From: an uncultured Thermococci archaeon
GTDB lineage: Archaea; CAYQAE01; CAYVLA01
Direction of reading: 5' to 3'
DNA: 64,000 nt
Assembly (NCBI GenBank): GCA_964549615.1
Contig: CAZJVP010000020.1
Coordinates: 96,001-160,000, forward strand
Each line of letters opens with the position of its first letter. Position 1 is the stretch's first letter. The notes under the pieces were generated by a model that searched no databases, had not been told where the DNA came from, and worked only from the letters and a program-made list of their open reading frames with translations. Shown piece after piece: positions 29,957 through 38,716 of the stretch. A program made the position numbers and the translations under genes.

Positions 29957-30643
29957 CTACGCCCGAAGATCGATGAGAACGAGCGCACGATTCAGCGGAA
30001 GCGAAACGTTGCATATGCGAATGCCGTCAAGGTAGGCTTCTTTTGTGCCATTGTGCGCATGGGCATGGACAACGACGGTCGGTCTTCTCTCTAGGATTAT
30101 GGACTCGAACCGCCGGGTCCCGAGCCATGGAAAGCTTGACTTGGCCTCACCCTCCAAGGTCAAGTAGGTGGGGGCATAGTGGGTCAGGAGGATCTTGATG
30201 CCAGCGGGTTGCTCAAGGAGCTTGCCTACGGTCAAGACCCTGGCACGATAGATGTCCGTGATGTGTGGGATGTTTCGCTTCTGCCAGCTTGTCGGCCTTT
30301 CCAGGCTCCCGGTGGACCCGACGATCAGGGTGTCTGTGCCCCCGATGTCGAGCCTGGTTGCCTCGTCATCGAGAAACTTGACGGAGGGGTTCTGGCTACG
30401 TATGGCGGGCCTGTCCTCCTGAAACTCGGTGTTGCCGAAGGCAGCGATGATCGGGCACGCGACCCGGCGGCGGATGATCGATACCACGGTAGAGTAATCG
30501 GTGACCGCCCCAGGCTTGAGGACATCCCCTGCGATGAGGAAGACGTCCGGATCCCGATCTAGCGATCCCAGGGAGGACTCGAGAAGGCCGGTGTAGAGGG
30601 GATGGTGCATGTCCCCGACGGCCGCGACCAGCAACTCCTGCAT
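29957..30643 (-). CDS. Calcineurin-like metallophosphoesterase
   Basis: GDMH, AGD, GNTE, LTHYAP, HAHAH. Confidence 0.9.
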   Translation of the reverse strand: MQELLVAAVGDMHHPLYTGLLESSLGSLDRDPDVFLIAGDVLKPGAVTDYSTVVSIIRRRVACPIIAAFGNTEFQEDRPAIRSQNPSVKFLDDEATRLDIGGTDTLIVGSTGSLERPTSWQKRNIPHITDIYRARVLTVGKLLEQPAGIKILLTHYAPTYLTLEGEAKSSFPWLGTRRFESIILERRPTVVVHAHAHNGTKEAYLDGIRICNVSLPLNRALVLIDLRA

Positions 30644-30658
30644 CCTCCCGGTCCATCG

Positions 30659-30823
30659 CTAGGAGGCAGACCGGGGACGGATGTATTCTCCCTTTCCCTC
30701 GACTTCCGCGATCTCTCGCTTGACGAACCTGAACATGACCGGTGCTCCACATCTCGGGCAGTTCAGCAGATTCGGCTTGATCCTCGCGTTGCACCGTCTG
30801 CACCATGGCACCGCTACCTTCAC
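30659..30823 (-). CDS. Small zinc-ribbon protein
   Basis: CRRC-x9-CPRCG; GTG start after GGAG; 15 bp upstream of the phosphoesterase. Confidence 0.65.
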   Translation of the reverse strand: MKVAVPWCRRCNARIKPNLLNCPRCGAPVMFRFVKREIAEVEGKGEYIRPRSAS

Positions 30824-30954
30824 CCGATCAACTCCGCCCCTCAGATGGCCAACCCAAAAAGAAAATGGTTTCTCAATATGCGAAGGGACGCCTCGGGGCA
30901 GCCCGGACCGAAGATAATCCCTTGCAGCGCTCCGCGCTGGCACCGGGCCGGGCC

Positions 30955-30969
30955 CAAGAAATATTAAAG
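30955..30969 (+). promoter_or_regulatory. BRE/TATA promoter of tRNA-Val
   Basis: AAGAAATATTAAAG about 30 bp upstream of the tRNA 5' end. Confidence 0.6.
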
Positions 30970-30994
30970 AGAGTTTCCCCAGGACCCCGCCAAC

Positions 30995-31083
30995 GGGCCC
31001 GTAGTCTAGTGGTTGCCGGTCAGGCCACAGATGACGTCACCCTCACACGGTGAAGACCCGGGGTTCAAGTCCCCGCGGGCCCA
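30995..31083 (+). tRNA. tRNA-Val(CAC) with a 16-nt intron in the D-loop (31015..31030)
   Basis: Acceptor GGGCCCG/CGGGCCC-A, anticodon arm TCACC-CTCACAC-GGTGA, T arm CGGGG-TTCAAGT-CCCCG; removing GCCGGTCAGGCCACAG restores GTCTAGTGGTTATGAC; CCA not encoded. Confidence 0.95.
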
Positions 31084-31201
31084 CTCATATCCTGCCGGAT
31101 AGGCACCTCCAAAGCACGCCCAGTCTCGCATCCAGCCTATCCTGCCGAACGGGCCGAGCCCACCCCGGGGACAGGCCTCCCTGAAAACCCCGCTCCACCC
31201 A

Positions 31202-34200
31202 TCACTGGTGCGGTGCCTCGGAATCCTGCACCAGCCTCCTTCCCCAAACCACGAGCAAGGTTGGAAGGACGAACATTGTGGCGACGAAGCTGTACGTGAT
31301 CGTCAGGGCTACGATCCCACCGAACTCCTTGACGGGCGGCAGCAGGGAAAACACGAGCAGGCCAAATCCCGCCACGGTCGTTGCCGCGGAGCCGAAGATG
31401 GCCGACCCTGTGTGGGTGACGCTCTCTTTGCAGGACTTGTAGGGGTCGCCCGATATGCGTATCTCTTCAGCGTAGCGATGGGACAGGTGTATGCCATATG
31501 TTATGCCCAGACCTATGGTCAGGGCGGACACGGTCACAGTCATGACGGTGTAGGGGATGCCAAGCGCGTACATGCTTCCCAGGATCCAGGCGCTGCACAG
31601 AAGCACGGGGGTGGTGGTGATGGCGCCCAAGACGATCGACCTCTCAGTCACCCAGAAGACGACAGTAAGGATCAGGAAGGAGGCCACTATGGTGATCACG
31701 AAGGACATCGTCATGCTTTCCTGCAGGCCGTCCAAGATCCGCCGGATCATGATCGAGGACCCTGTTACGCTTACCCTGTCAAGTATCCCCTTGCTCACCA
31801 AGGATCTGAGAGGCGCCGCATCCGACTCAAGTTCCTGGTAGAGAGCATCCGCGATGTCCCTGCTCGCAGACTTGATGCCTATCCTCATCACCGTGCTATC
31901 ATAGCGGCCCTCGGCATCCCGGTGCAGAAGGGCGCGGGCCATCGAGCTTGTGAGCCTGCCCTCGTACAGGTGATCGAGCAGCTCTGTGATGTTCTCGGCC
32001 GGAACCGTCCCGTTCGGGGCCAGGCTTGACCGAAAGATCCGGCTGAACTCTTCGTCGTAGAGGTCAAGAGGGTCCGCGATGCGCCCATCGTCCGCCGCGT
32101 CCTGCATGAGGGAGAGAATTGATGATACGGCCGGCCGCATCCCGGCCGGGGTCGGAACCATCGAGATGTGCGCATCATCCATCATGTTGAGCGTGGTGGC
32201 CTGTATGGCTTGGAGCACCTCGGGGTCTGAGAGATTTCCCCTCACATAGATCTCCGAGCTAGCCGTCGTCACGTTGAAGTTCTCGAGGATGTAGCGGAGA
32301 TCTTGGGAGTATTTCAGATTGCGTGGCAGGAAATCCTGAAGTTCGAACCTGGTCTCAAGCCGCGTCGCGGCCACGAGGGCCACCGCGGTGACAAGGATGG
32401 TAGCCCCGATCACAAGCCTTCGCCGGCGCTCGGCGGCCGAAGCCCCGAGCGTCAAGATCGCGCCTGCCGCCAGGGAATGGCTTGACCTTCCTCTGGGGCG
32501 AGCATCCTCCCCGCCACCAGAGCGCCTGTCCAGGAGCTGCCTGCATGAGGGAACCCAGGCCAACATCACCACGAACGCCGAGCATATCCCAAGGCTGCAA
32601 AGGATGCCGAACTCCCTGATCACGGAAAGCTCGGACGTCACATTCGAAATGAAAGCGACCACGGTGGTGATGGTCGCAAGCAGAAGCGCCGATCCAACCC
32701 AGGCGACGGAGGCGTGGGAGGATTCAGCTGGGGAGGATCCCCTTACCCTCTCCTCCTTGTAGCGGAGGGTGAGATGTATCCCGTAGTCTATCCCCATGCC
32801 AACTATCAGCACGGGCACCGCCAGCGTGAGGGGGTTGAACACGAATCCAAGCGTGGTGCCCAGGCCGTACGTCCACACAACGGAGAACCCAAGGGCAGAC
32901 AGACTCAGAAGCACGTCCCACAAGCTTCGATACACGATGACCAGCACGACGACGATGAGCGCGAAGGCGCAGGGAAGCAGAATGGCCATCGATCTTCGGG
33001 TCGCGCTCAGAATCTGTTCCGATGTTAGATCGCCGGAGGCGACGCCCATAATCGTCGATCTGAGGTCCTGTTCCAGGATCGTTTTCTCCATAGCCCGCGC
33101 TGCGAGAAGAAGGGCATCGCCATTGGCATTTCCTTGTCTTGCCAACGTCGCGTTGAAACCAGCAAGGATGATCGTTCCCTGTGCCTCCAGTATCCCTTCA
33201 TCGGGCGAGAAATCCTTGGTCACGCTGGCGATGATCCCGGCCCTGGTCTGCTGCACGGCCGAGTCGAGCCTGGCAACCGTCGTGCGTATGTCCAGTTGTT
33301 GGACCATCTCCGCTGCCGAGGATATGGCATTCGACATCAAGGGGATCATGAGTTTGAGCGTTGCCACTGCAGCCAGGGCCCTTGAGTCGCCCATCACGGC
33401 CGGATCGGAGGCCGCGCGGGCCACCACCGCGTCCAGGCCACTGAGTTCCTCCGAGACTGCGCTGGCCGCGGACGCGGCCGCCTGAGCCGAAAGGACCATC
33501 GAGCCCGTCGCCGACCCATCGTAGGCCAGAACCTCGGATAAGAGACTCCTTACCTCATCCCAGCTCAAGGCCTGGGCCATCCTGATCTTCTCCGTGTAGT
33601 TCAAGGGCGCTGCGGTGCCTGGGGCTCCGCTCGGGGCCTGGAACGATCCCATCTGACCCGCCAGCCTGACTGCTAATTCGAGGATGGTGCGGTTTGCTTC
33701 CAAGACCGCCGGCCCTAACTCGGGGCTTCCCATTGCAGCCTCAATCCCGTTCCTTGAGACGAGTATGGCTTGCCGCAGGGTCCCAAAGGAACCGTTCATC
33801 TGTTCGAAAAGAGGACCGAGCTGTGCGGTCATGTTGCGTATGGTCTGGATCAGGCCCCTTGCCGAGATGATGGTGTCGGCGACGCTGGTCATCCTCATCG
33901 GATGGCCCTCGGGCAGCAGGAGGATCGAAACTTCAGGGTTCTCGGAAATGGCCTCCTCAACCCTCAGGATCTCGACCAAGCTCTCCGGTGCGAGGACGTT
34001 GCCGCCCTTGGCCCTTACCAGCACCTGGACCACCTCCGTGGTCTGGAAGTCTTTTTGGATCATCATTGAGGCGTTGACCAGATCCGAGCTTGGCATGAAC
34101 ATCATCTCGTTGGCCGCCATCTCCGCGCCTTCGAGGAGGTAGATCCCACCGAACAACAAGGTCAGAGCAGCCACGCCGACGACCATGGCAACCGGATGAT

Positions 34201-34234
34201 TCGAAACAGCCCCTGCAACTGCGAGTTTTGGCAA
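31202..34234 (-). CDS. MMPL/RND superfamily transporter
   Basis: Two halves with GMGIDYGIHL and GLGITYGIHL, LATITTVVAF / SAATTVAGF; start trimmed to TTG after GAGGAG. Confidence 0.9.
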   Translation of the reverse strand: MPKLAVAGAVSNHPVAMVVGVAALTLLFGGIYLLEGAEMAANEMMFMPSSDLVNASMMIQKDFQTTEVVQVLVRAKGGNVLAPESLVEILRVEEAISENPEVSILLLPEGHPMRMTSVADTIISARGLIQTIRNMTAQLGPLFEQMNGSFGTLRQAILVSRNGIEAAMGSPELGPAVLEANRTILELAVRLAGQMGSFQAPSGAPGTAAPLNYTEKIRMAQALSWDEVRSLLSEVLAYDGSATGSMVLSAQAAASAASAVSEELSGLDAVVARAASDPAVMGDSRALAAVATLKLMIPLMSNAISSAAEMVQQLDIRTTVARLDSAVQQTRAGIIASVTKDFSPDEGILEAQGTIILAGFNATLARQGNANGDALLLAARAMEKTILEQDLRSTIMGVASGDLTSEQILSATRRSMAILLPCAFALIVVVLVIVYRSLWDVLLSLSALGFSVVWTYGLGTTLGFVFNPLTLAVPVLIVGMGIDYGIHLTLRYKEERVRGSSPAESSHASVAWVGSALLLATITTVVAFISNVTSELSVIREFGILCSLGICSAFVVMLAWVPSCRQLLDRRSGGGEDARPRGRSSHSLAAGAILTLGASAAERRRRLVIGATILVTAVALVAATRLETRFELQDFLPRNLKYSQDLRYILENFNVTTASSEIYVRGNLSDPEVLQAIQATTLNMMDDAHISMVPTPAGMRPAVSSILSLMQDAADDGRIADPLDLYDEEFSRIFRSSLAPNGTVPAENITELLDHLYEGRLTSSMARALLHRDAEGRYDSTVMRIGIKSASRDIADALYQELESDAAPLRSLVSKGILDRVSVTGSSIMIRRILDGLQESMTMSFVITIVASFLILTVVFWVTERSIVLGAITTTPVLLCSAWILGSMYALGIPYTVMTVTVSALTIGLGITYGIHLSHRYAEEIRISGDPYKSCKESVTHTGSAIFGSAATTVAGFGLLVFSLLPPVKEFGGIVALTITYSFVATMFVLPTLLVVWGRRLVQDSEAPHQ

Positions 34235-34289
34235 CTGGTACTCCTCCACATCATTTGACGGATCGTAACCAAAGAAGCCGGTCCCAACG

Positions 34290-34805
34290 CTATGTCGCTT
34301 CCCGGGAGCCCTCGGGTCGGCCTCTTGAGCCCATGCCCTGCTCCAACCTGGCCTTGGTCCTGGCAAGGACGCGGATGAGCGCATCGAGGGCATCCACGAG
34401 CGACCGGAGCCTCTTCTCCCGGTCCGGCGGCGAAAGCTCATCCAAGAGTCTCAGGTGGGTCCGAATCCATTCACCGTCGTCCCTGTTCATTGCATCCACG
34501 AGGTGGTTCACTACGTCCTCCGCCTCCCCGAATAGGCGAAGGAGCTCAGACTGGCCCTTCGCAGTTATCGCATAGACCCTTCTTCTTGCCTCGCCCCTGG
34601 CCGGCTGAACAAGCCCCTCCCTCACCATATCGTGCAAAAGAGGATAGATATTGCCAGCTTTCGGGGCCCAGAAACCGTTGCTCTTCGCGGCTATCTGCCT
34701 TATTATTGCGTACCCGTGAAGGGGTCCCTTGTACAGGTTGGCCAGGATGAACAGCCTAAGGAATCCCTTCTTCATCTGGGAAGCCGACTGGGCCTGCTTC
34801 CGCAT
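34290..34805 (-). CDS. PadR family transcriptional regulator
   Basis: PLHGYAII, GNIYPLL, RRVYAITAKG. Confidence 0.92.
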   Translation of the reverse strand: MRKQAQSASQMKKGFLRLFILANLYKGPLHGYAIIRQIAAKSNGFWAPKAGNIYPLLHDMVREGLVQPARGEARRRVYAITAKGQSELLRLFGEAEDVVNHLVDAMNRDDGEWIRTHLRLLDELSPPDREKRLRSLVDALDALIRVLARTKARLEQGMGSRGRPEGSREAT

Positions 34806-34880
34806 GGAGATCCGCCCGCGTACATATGCCGGGGATATATATGTTCCCTATATACCGCCCCCTTGACTCTGTGGGCCTCA

Positions 34881-35246
34881 CTACGATCTGGCGTGAACAA
34901 GAACTACGCCCAGTACGATCAGGCACAGGCCGCCCGCTCTCAACGTCGTGAGCGGCTCGCTCAAGAGAAGCCTCGCCAGAACCGCCGTCACCAAGTAGCT
35001 CAGAGAGAGCAGCGCCACAACTCTGACCAGATCCGCATAAGAGATCGCGGCGATATAGAAGACCCCGGATGCCACCGTCAGCAGGGCCCCCGCAATCACC
35101 CACCTCGATGTTAGGAGCCCTCTGATAAAGGCCAGTGAGCCCATCGTTCCAACATCGACATCACCGAACCGACCGATGCCAAGTTTGAAGCAGATGTTCG
35201 AGAAGCCGAAGAGGACCGCCGATGCCGATGCTAGGACGATGGCCAT
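34881..35246 (-). CDS. Small EamA/SMR-like membrane transporter
   Basis: Four TM helices, LLSEPLT...GLCLIVLGV. Confidence 0.8.
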   Translation of the reverse strand: MAIVLASASAVLFGFSNICFKLGIGRFGDVDVGTMGSLAFIRGLLTSRWVIAGALLTVASGVFYIAAISYADLVRVVALLSLSYLVTAVLARLLLSEPLTTLRAGGLCLIVLGVVLVHARS

Positions 35247-35357
35247 GCCGACTCTCAACCGATCACAGGCCCCGCACCCGCTCGGTTCTCTCATATATTT
35301 ATTGCCCATTCAGCCGCTCGACCATTCAGTCCTCGGACGAACGATATCATTATCTCG

Positions 35358-36212
35358 ATGAATGCGGTGCGTACGACCATGTTTGGCCTGCCCTTCACCA
35401 GGCGGTGCCGGGTCTGCGGCTCCAAGGAGGGCCTTAGGGCGTGCGTGGTCTGCGGCAAGAACGCGTGCCAATTGCACATGGTTGGCGGCAAGTGCCATGC
35501 CTGCATAGAGAAGGAGCCGTTCACGATCCAACAGACAAGTGGCATCAGGCTCGAGCGGGAGGAACAGCGGAAGGCCCGTGCGGACGCTCTAAGGACCGAA
35601 CTTAAAATCAATGCGGACCCCCTGAGGCTTCTGGACGACCTTTACCTTCTCCTAGGGGGCAGGCCGGGAAGCCGGCGGTCGACGACGACTCTGGGATCGC
35701 TTCATCTTGACCAGGTCCGGCACAGCCTGATGTTTGACAGGAATATTGCGAGGAGGATAACCTGCACGTCCTTCGTGCACCTGAAGACAGCCGGCCTAGC
35801 CGAGGTGGAGACCCGGCGCCCCTCGGCCCTGTTCGGGTATCTGGATAAGGGGGCTCTGGCGATGATCGACTCGACGACGCGCCTCGCCCATGACCAACTC
35901 ATCAGGATGATCGACTTGGTATGCCTCAGCCTGTCAGCACAACGCGTCCAGTTGTTGGAGGGAGATGCCTTGCTTCAGGAAGTTAGAATAGGGGATGAGG
36001 TGCCTTGCCCGTATTGTGGAAACTGGCGGGGGGTTTGCCAGTGCCCCCGTAAGATAGAGGGGCTAATCGGTGCCTCTGACTACTTCAAGACCGCCATGGA
36101 CTCAAGCCTAAGGCAGAGAAGCGTTGCCCTCGAGATGCGTGGAGACCCGAAGAACGTTGAGCTTCGGGATCGTGTCGAGCGGTGGCGGCGGGCGCTGCAG
36201 TTCTATTACTGA
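35358..36212 (+). CDS. Hypothetical protein with N- and C-terminal zinc-finger-like Cys clusters
   Basis: CRVC..CVVC..CQLH..CHAC and CPYC..CQC; fills the gap between flanking genes. Confidence 0.65.
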   Translation: MNAVRTTMFGLPFTRRCRVCGSKEGLRACVVCGKNACQLHMVGGKCHACIEKEPFTIQQTSGIRLEREEQRKARADALRTELKINADPLRLLDDLYLLLGGRPGSRRSTTTLGSLHLDQVRHSLMFDRNIARRITCTSFVHLKTAGLAEVETRRPSALFGYLDKGALAMIDSTTRLAHDQLIRMIDLVCLSLSAQRVQLLEGDALLQEVRIGDEVPCPYCGNWRGVCQCPRKIEGLIGASDYFKTAMDSSLRQRSVALEMRGDPKNVELRDRVERWRRALQFYY

Positions 36213-36871
36213 TAGGTTCTGAAGCCGAAGGATATGTTCTGGCCGGTGTCGAGGGTCACGGAGATCCTCGTCCACTTGTTGTTCGTCGTCCCGACGGCGA
36301 AGCTTGAGATGACGTCCTTCTTTTCACCCGACGCCACGTGGACCTGTCCTTGATCCATGGCCTTTCCGGCCAGATAGGTCTTGTAATAGTATGTGTGATC
36401 CCTGCCCATCCTGTTCTCGATCGTGAACCTCAGGCGAACGCTGGTGAACTCCATCACCTCGCGCGGATACTCATAAAAGAGGCACTCTTTCGAGGTCGCG
36501 TCGGCAAAGACGAGGTATGTCTCGCCCAGCTTGAGGGTCTGGTATATGTTGAACCTTGACTCCTCGCCATCAAGGTCCAACACGAGGACCTCCTGACTGC
36601 CGTCGGGATCGAGAACCCAGAACTCGTGACCGAAAAGCTTCCCTGCCACCACGATTCCCGAGAAGTTGAAATCCCGCGGGCCCTGGTAGGGCTGAAGGGG
36701 GACCTTGTGGGTCACGAAATACAGCTCCGTGAACCTGTCAACACTCACCGGTTCTGAGAGGAAGACGGCTCCCAGAACGAACCCCACGAGGCATGCCCCA
36801 ACGAGTATGACCATGACCAAGTCATCGGTGTTCCGGTCAGACCCGTCCACGGAATCCCGCCCATCGAACAA
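36206..36871 (-). CDS. DUF1616-like membrane-anchored protein
   Basis: TM followed by DRFTELYF, YPREV, IENRMG..HTY. Confidence 0.65.
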   Translation of the reverse strand: MFDGRDSVDGSDRNTDDLVMVILVGACLVGFVLGAVFLSEPVSVDRFTELYFVTHKVPLQPYQGPRDFNFSGIVVAGKLFGHEFWVLDPDGSQEVLVLDLDGEESRFNIYQTLKLGETYLVFADATSKECLFYEYPREVMEFTSVRLRFTIENRMGRDHTYYYKTYLAGKAMDQGQVHVASGEKKDVISSFAVGTTNNKWTRISVTLDTGQNISFGFRTYQ

Positions 36872-36902
36872 CCTTTAAATCTTTGCCCGCCGATCCTCAA
36901 CC

Positions 36903-37526
36903 GTGGCCCTCCTGTCCCTTCCCTCGATCGAGGAGATCAGGAAGCTTCGCAGGAAGCTGGGGCTCACGCAAGCAGAACTCGCCAAGCTGGCGCAAGTTAG
37001 CCAGTCGCTCGTTTCGCAGATAGAGTCGGGCGAGGTCGATCCAAGGCTATCCACGCTAAGACGGATAGTCGATGCCCTAAACCGGGAGGAGACGGGACGG
37101 GAGGTATTCGCCGAGGACCTGCTCGTGAGGGACGTGGTATCCGTCTCCCCGGACGACCTGGTAACGACGGCGGCAAGCATCATGTGGGCGAAGAAGATAT
37201 CCCAGTTGCCGGTGTTGGAGGACGGGAAGAACCTCGGAAGCATTTCGGAGAAGACCATCACTGCCGAGATCGCGAAGGGCGGCACCAAGGACCTAGCTAG
37301 GCGAACCGTGAGGGAGGTCATGTCAGAACCCTTCCCCATGGTCGGCATGAGGTCAAGAATGGAGGTCGTCCTCTCGCTGCTCCAAGAAAGCCCAGCAGTG
37401 CTCGTGCTCGATGGCGGCAAGGTCAGCGGGATCATAACAAAGGCCGATGTTCTGCCGCGCGTGCGGAGCGTGCTCGCGCAGGGCGAAGAGGTTCAGGCGC
37501 GTCCGGCTACCAACAGCTCCAAGTAG
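36903..37526 (+). CDS. XRE-type HTH regulator with CBS domain pair (COG3620-like)
   Basis: LGLTQAELAKLAQVSQSLVSQIESGEVDPRLST, ISQLPV, GIITKADV. Confidence 0.92.
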   Translation: MALLSLPSIEEIRKLRRKLGLTQAELAKLAQVSQSLVSQIESGEVDPRLSTLRRIVDALNREETGREVFAEDLLVRDVVSVSPDDLVTTAASIMWAKKISQLPVLEDGKNLGSISEKTITAEIAKGGTKDLARRTVREVMSEPFPMVGMRSRMEVVLSLLQESPAVLVLDGGKVSGIITKADVLPRVRSVLAQGEEVQARPATNSSK

Positions 37527-38014
37527 GACCTCCTCTCGGTCTTCAGTCCCAGCTGCGCCATGATCCCCAGAAGCACGGGAAGCCTTTCCCTATCATGTGA
37601 TGCGGACTCCAGCTCAACGAATCTTCCCAACCCATCGACGTCGTCCAGGTAGAGCAGGGTATCCCCTTTCCTGAACCCCCTTCGCGCCTTGACGACCCGG
37701 GCCGCCTGGGAGAAGCCGAGCTTCTCCAGGATCGATGCGATCTCGGGGGACGTTGGTATCTCGATCTCCTCCCTGGTCTTGGAAACCGCGTCGAGCTTGG
37801 GTCCCTTGTAGGACAGAAACCATCTGCCCGGCTTTGGACCGATCCGGCGCAGCCTTAGAGCCTCGTCCGTCTTGGAGAATTCCCGGCACGGATGCGAGAA
37901 GTAGAGATCCTCTTGGACGACCTTGGGCAGCACCTTCCAGCCCCGCACAAAGCCCTCGATCCTGCGGAGTTCATCCGGGCAGGATACCCTTGCCTTCACC
38001 TCGACCTCGATCAT
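37493..38014 (-). CDS. cyaB: CYTH domain protein (class IV adenylate cyclase-like)
   Basis: IEVEVK, QEDLYF, DEALRLR, YKGPK, KTREEIE, LDDVDGLGRFVELE, SYLELL. Confidence 0.9.
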   Translation of the reverse strand: MIEVEVKARVSCPDELRRIEGFVRGWKVLPKVVQEDLYFSHPCREFSKTDEALRLRRIGPKPGRWFLSYKGPKLDAVSKTREEIEIPTSPEIASILEKLGFSQAARVVKARRGFRKGDTLLYLDDVDGLGRFVELESASHDRERLPVLLGIMAQLGLKTERRSYLELLVAGRA

Positions 38015-38077
38015 CCCGGCTGGCCGTTGATGCGGGCAGCTGAAAAATCTATTAGCCGTCGGTGCCAAGCTGGAACC

Positions 38078-38356
38078 GTGAAGGTGAAGATCTCCTACTT
38101 CGGCCACCTGCGCGAGAAGGCGCGGGTGAAGTCGGAGACGGTTGAGGTTGAGTCCTCCCTTAGCCTTGGAGACCTCTTGGAGCCAGTCTTGAGGAGGAGG
38201 AACATCCTAGAGGAGGTCTTCGGCACCGAGGATGAGCCCCAGATGCCGGTCAACATCCTGGTCAATGGGAGGAACATGAAGTTCCTTGACGGTATGGACA
38301 CAGCTCTAAGCGAGGGAGACGAGGTGAGCATCTTCCCGCCGACGGGCGGGGGTTAG
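38078..38356 (+). CDS. Ubiquitin-like MoaD/ThiS/SAMP family protein
   Basis: VKISYFGHLRE, NILVNGRN, LSEGDEVSIFPPTGGG with C-terminal di-glycine. Confidence 0.92.
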   Translation: MKVKISYFGHLREKARVKSETVEVESSLSLGDLLEPVLRRRNILEEVFGTEDEPQMPVNILVNGRNMKFLDGMDTALSEGDEVSIFPPTGGG

Positions 38357-38376
38357 CACCCACGGTAACGGGCTGG

Positions 38377-38688
38377 CTATCCCTTATAGACGAAGACGTT
38401 GTACATCAGGACGTAGATCACGAACCAGGTTAGCAGGTAGATGTAGAGCCCCTTGGTTAGGACCTTCAGCCTTCCGCCGGCCTCCTGTATGTTGGTCCCA
38501 AACCACTCCACGATGTATGTGCCCATGTAGCCGACTGCGAACACCAAAAACAATATGAGCGCGATAAGCAGCGGTGTCTTCGCTGCGCTCGTGTTGTTCC
38601 TCATTGCGATGTCGACGGAAGTGGTGACAGAGGCAGCGATGATTCCCACAAGGGCAAACGCCAGATACCTTCGAACTTCCTGATCCAT
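38377..38688 (-). CDS. Three-TM membrane protein, EMC6-like
   Basis: 103 aa, three hydrophobic helices, C-terminal KGLYIYLLTWFVIYVLMYN pattern. Confidence 0.55.
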   Translation of the reverse strand: MDQEVRRYLAFALVGIIAASVTTSVDIAMRNNTSAAKTPLLIALILFLVFAVGYMGTYIVEWFGTNIQEAGGRLKVLTKGLYIYLLTWFVIYVLMYNVFVYKG

Positions 38689-38716
38689 GATCAGCTAACT
38701 CCCGGGTCGATCGGAT

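Noticed and set aside
31084-31201. Possible integration (att) site after tRNA-Val; TATCCTGCCG occurs twice
   Set aside because: No duplicated tRNA 3' end or integrase seen in the window; a 10-bp repeat alone is insufficient.
34235-34441. N-terminal extension of the 1079-aa MMPL ORF
   Set aside because: Overlaps padR in another frame; an SD plus TTG at 34234 is the better start.
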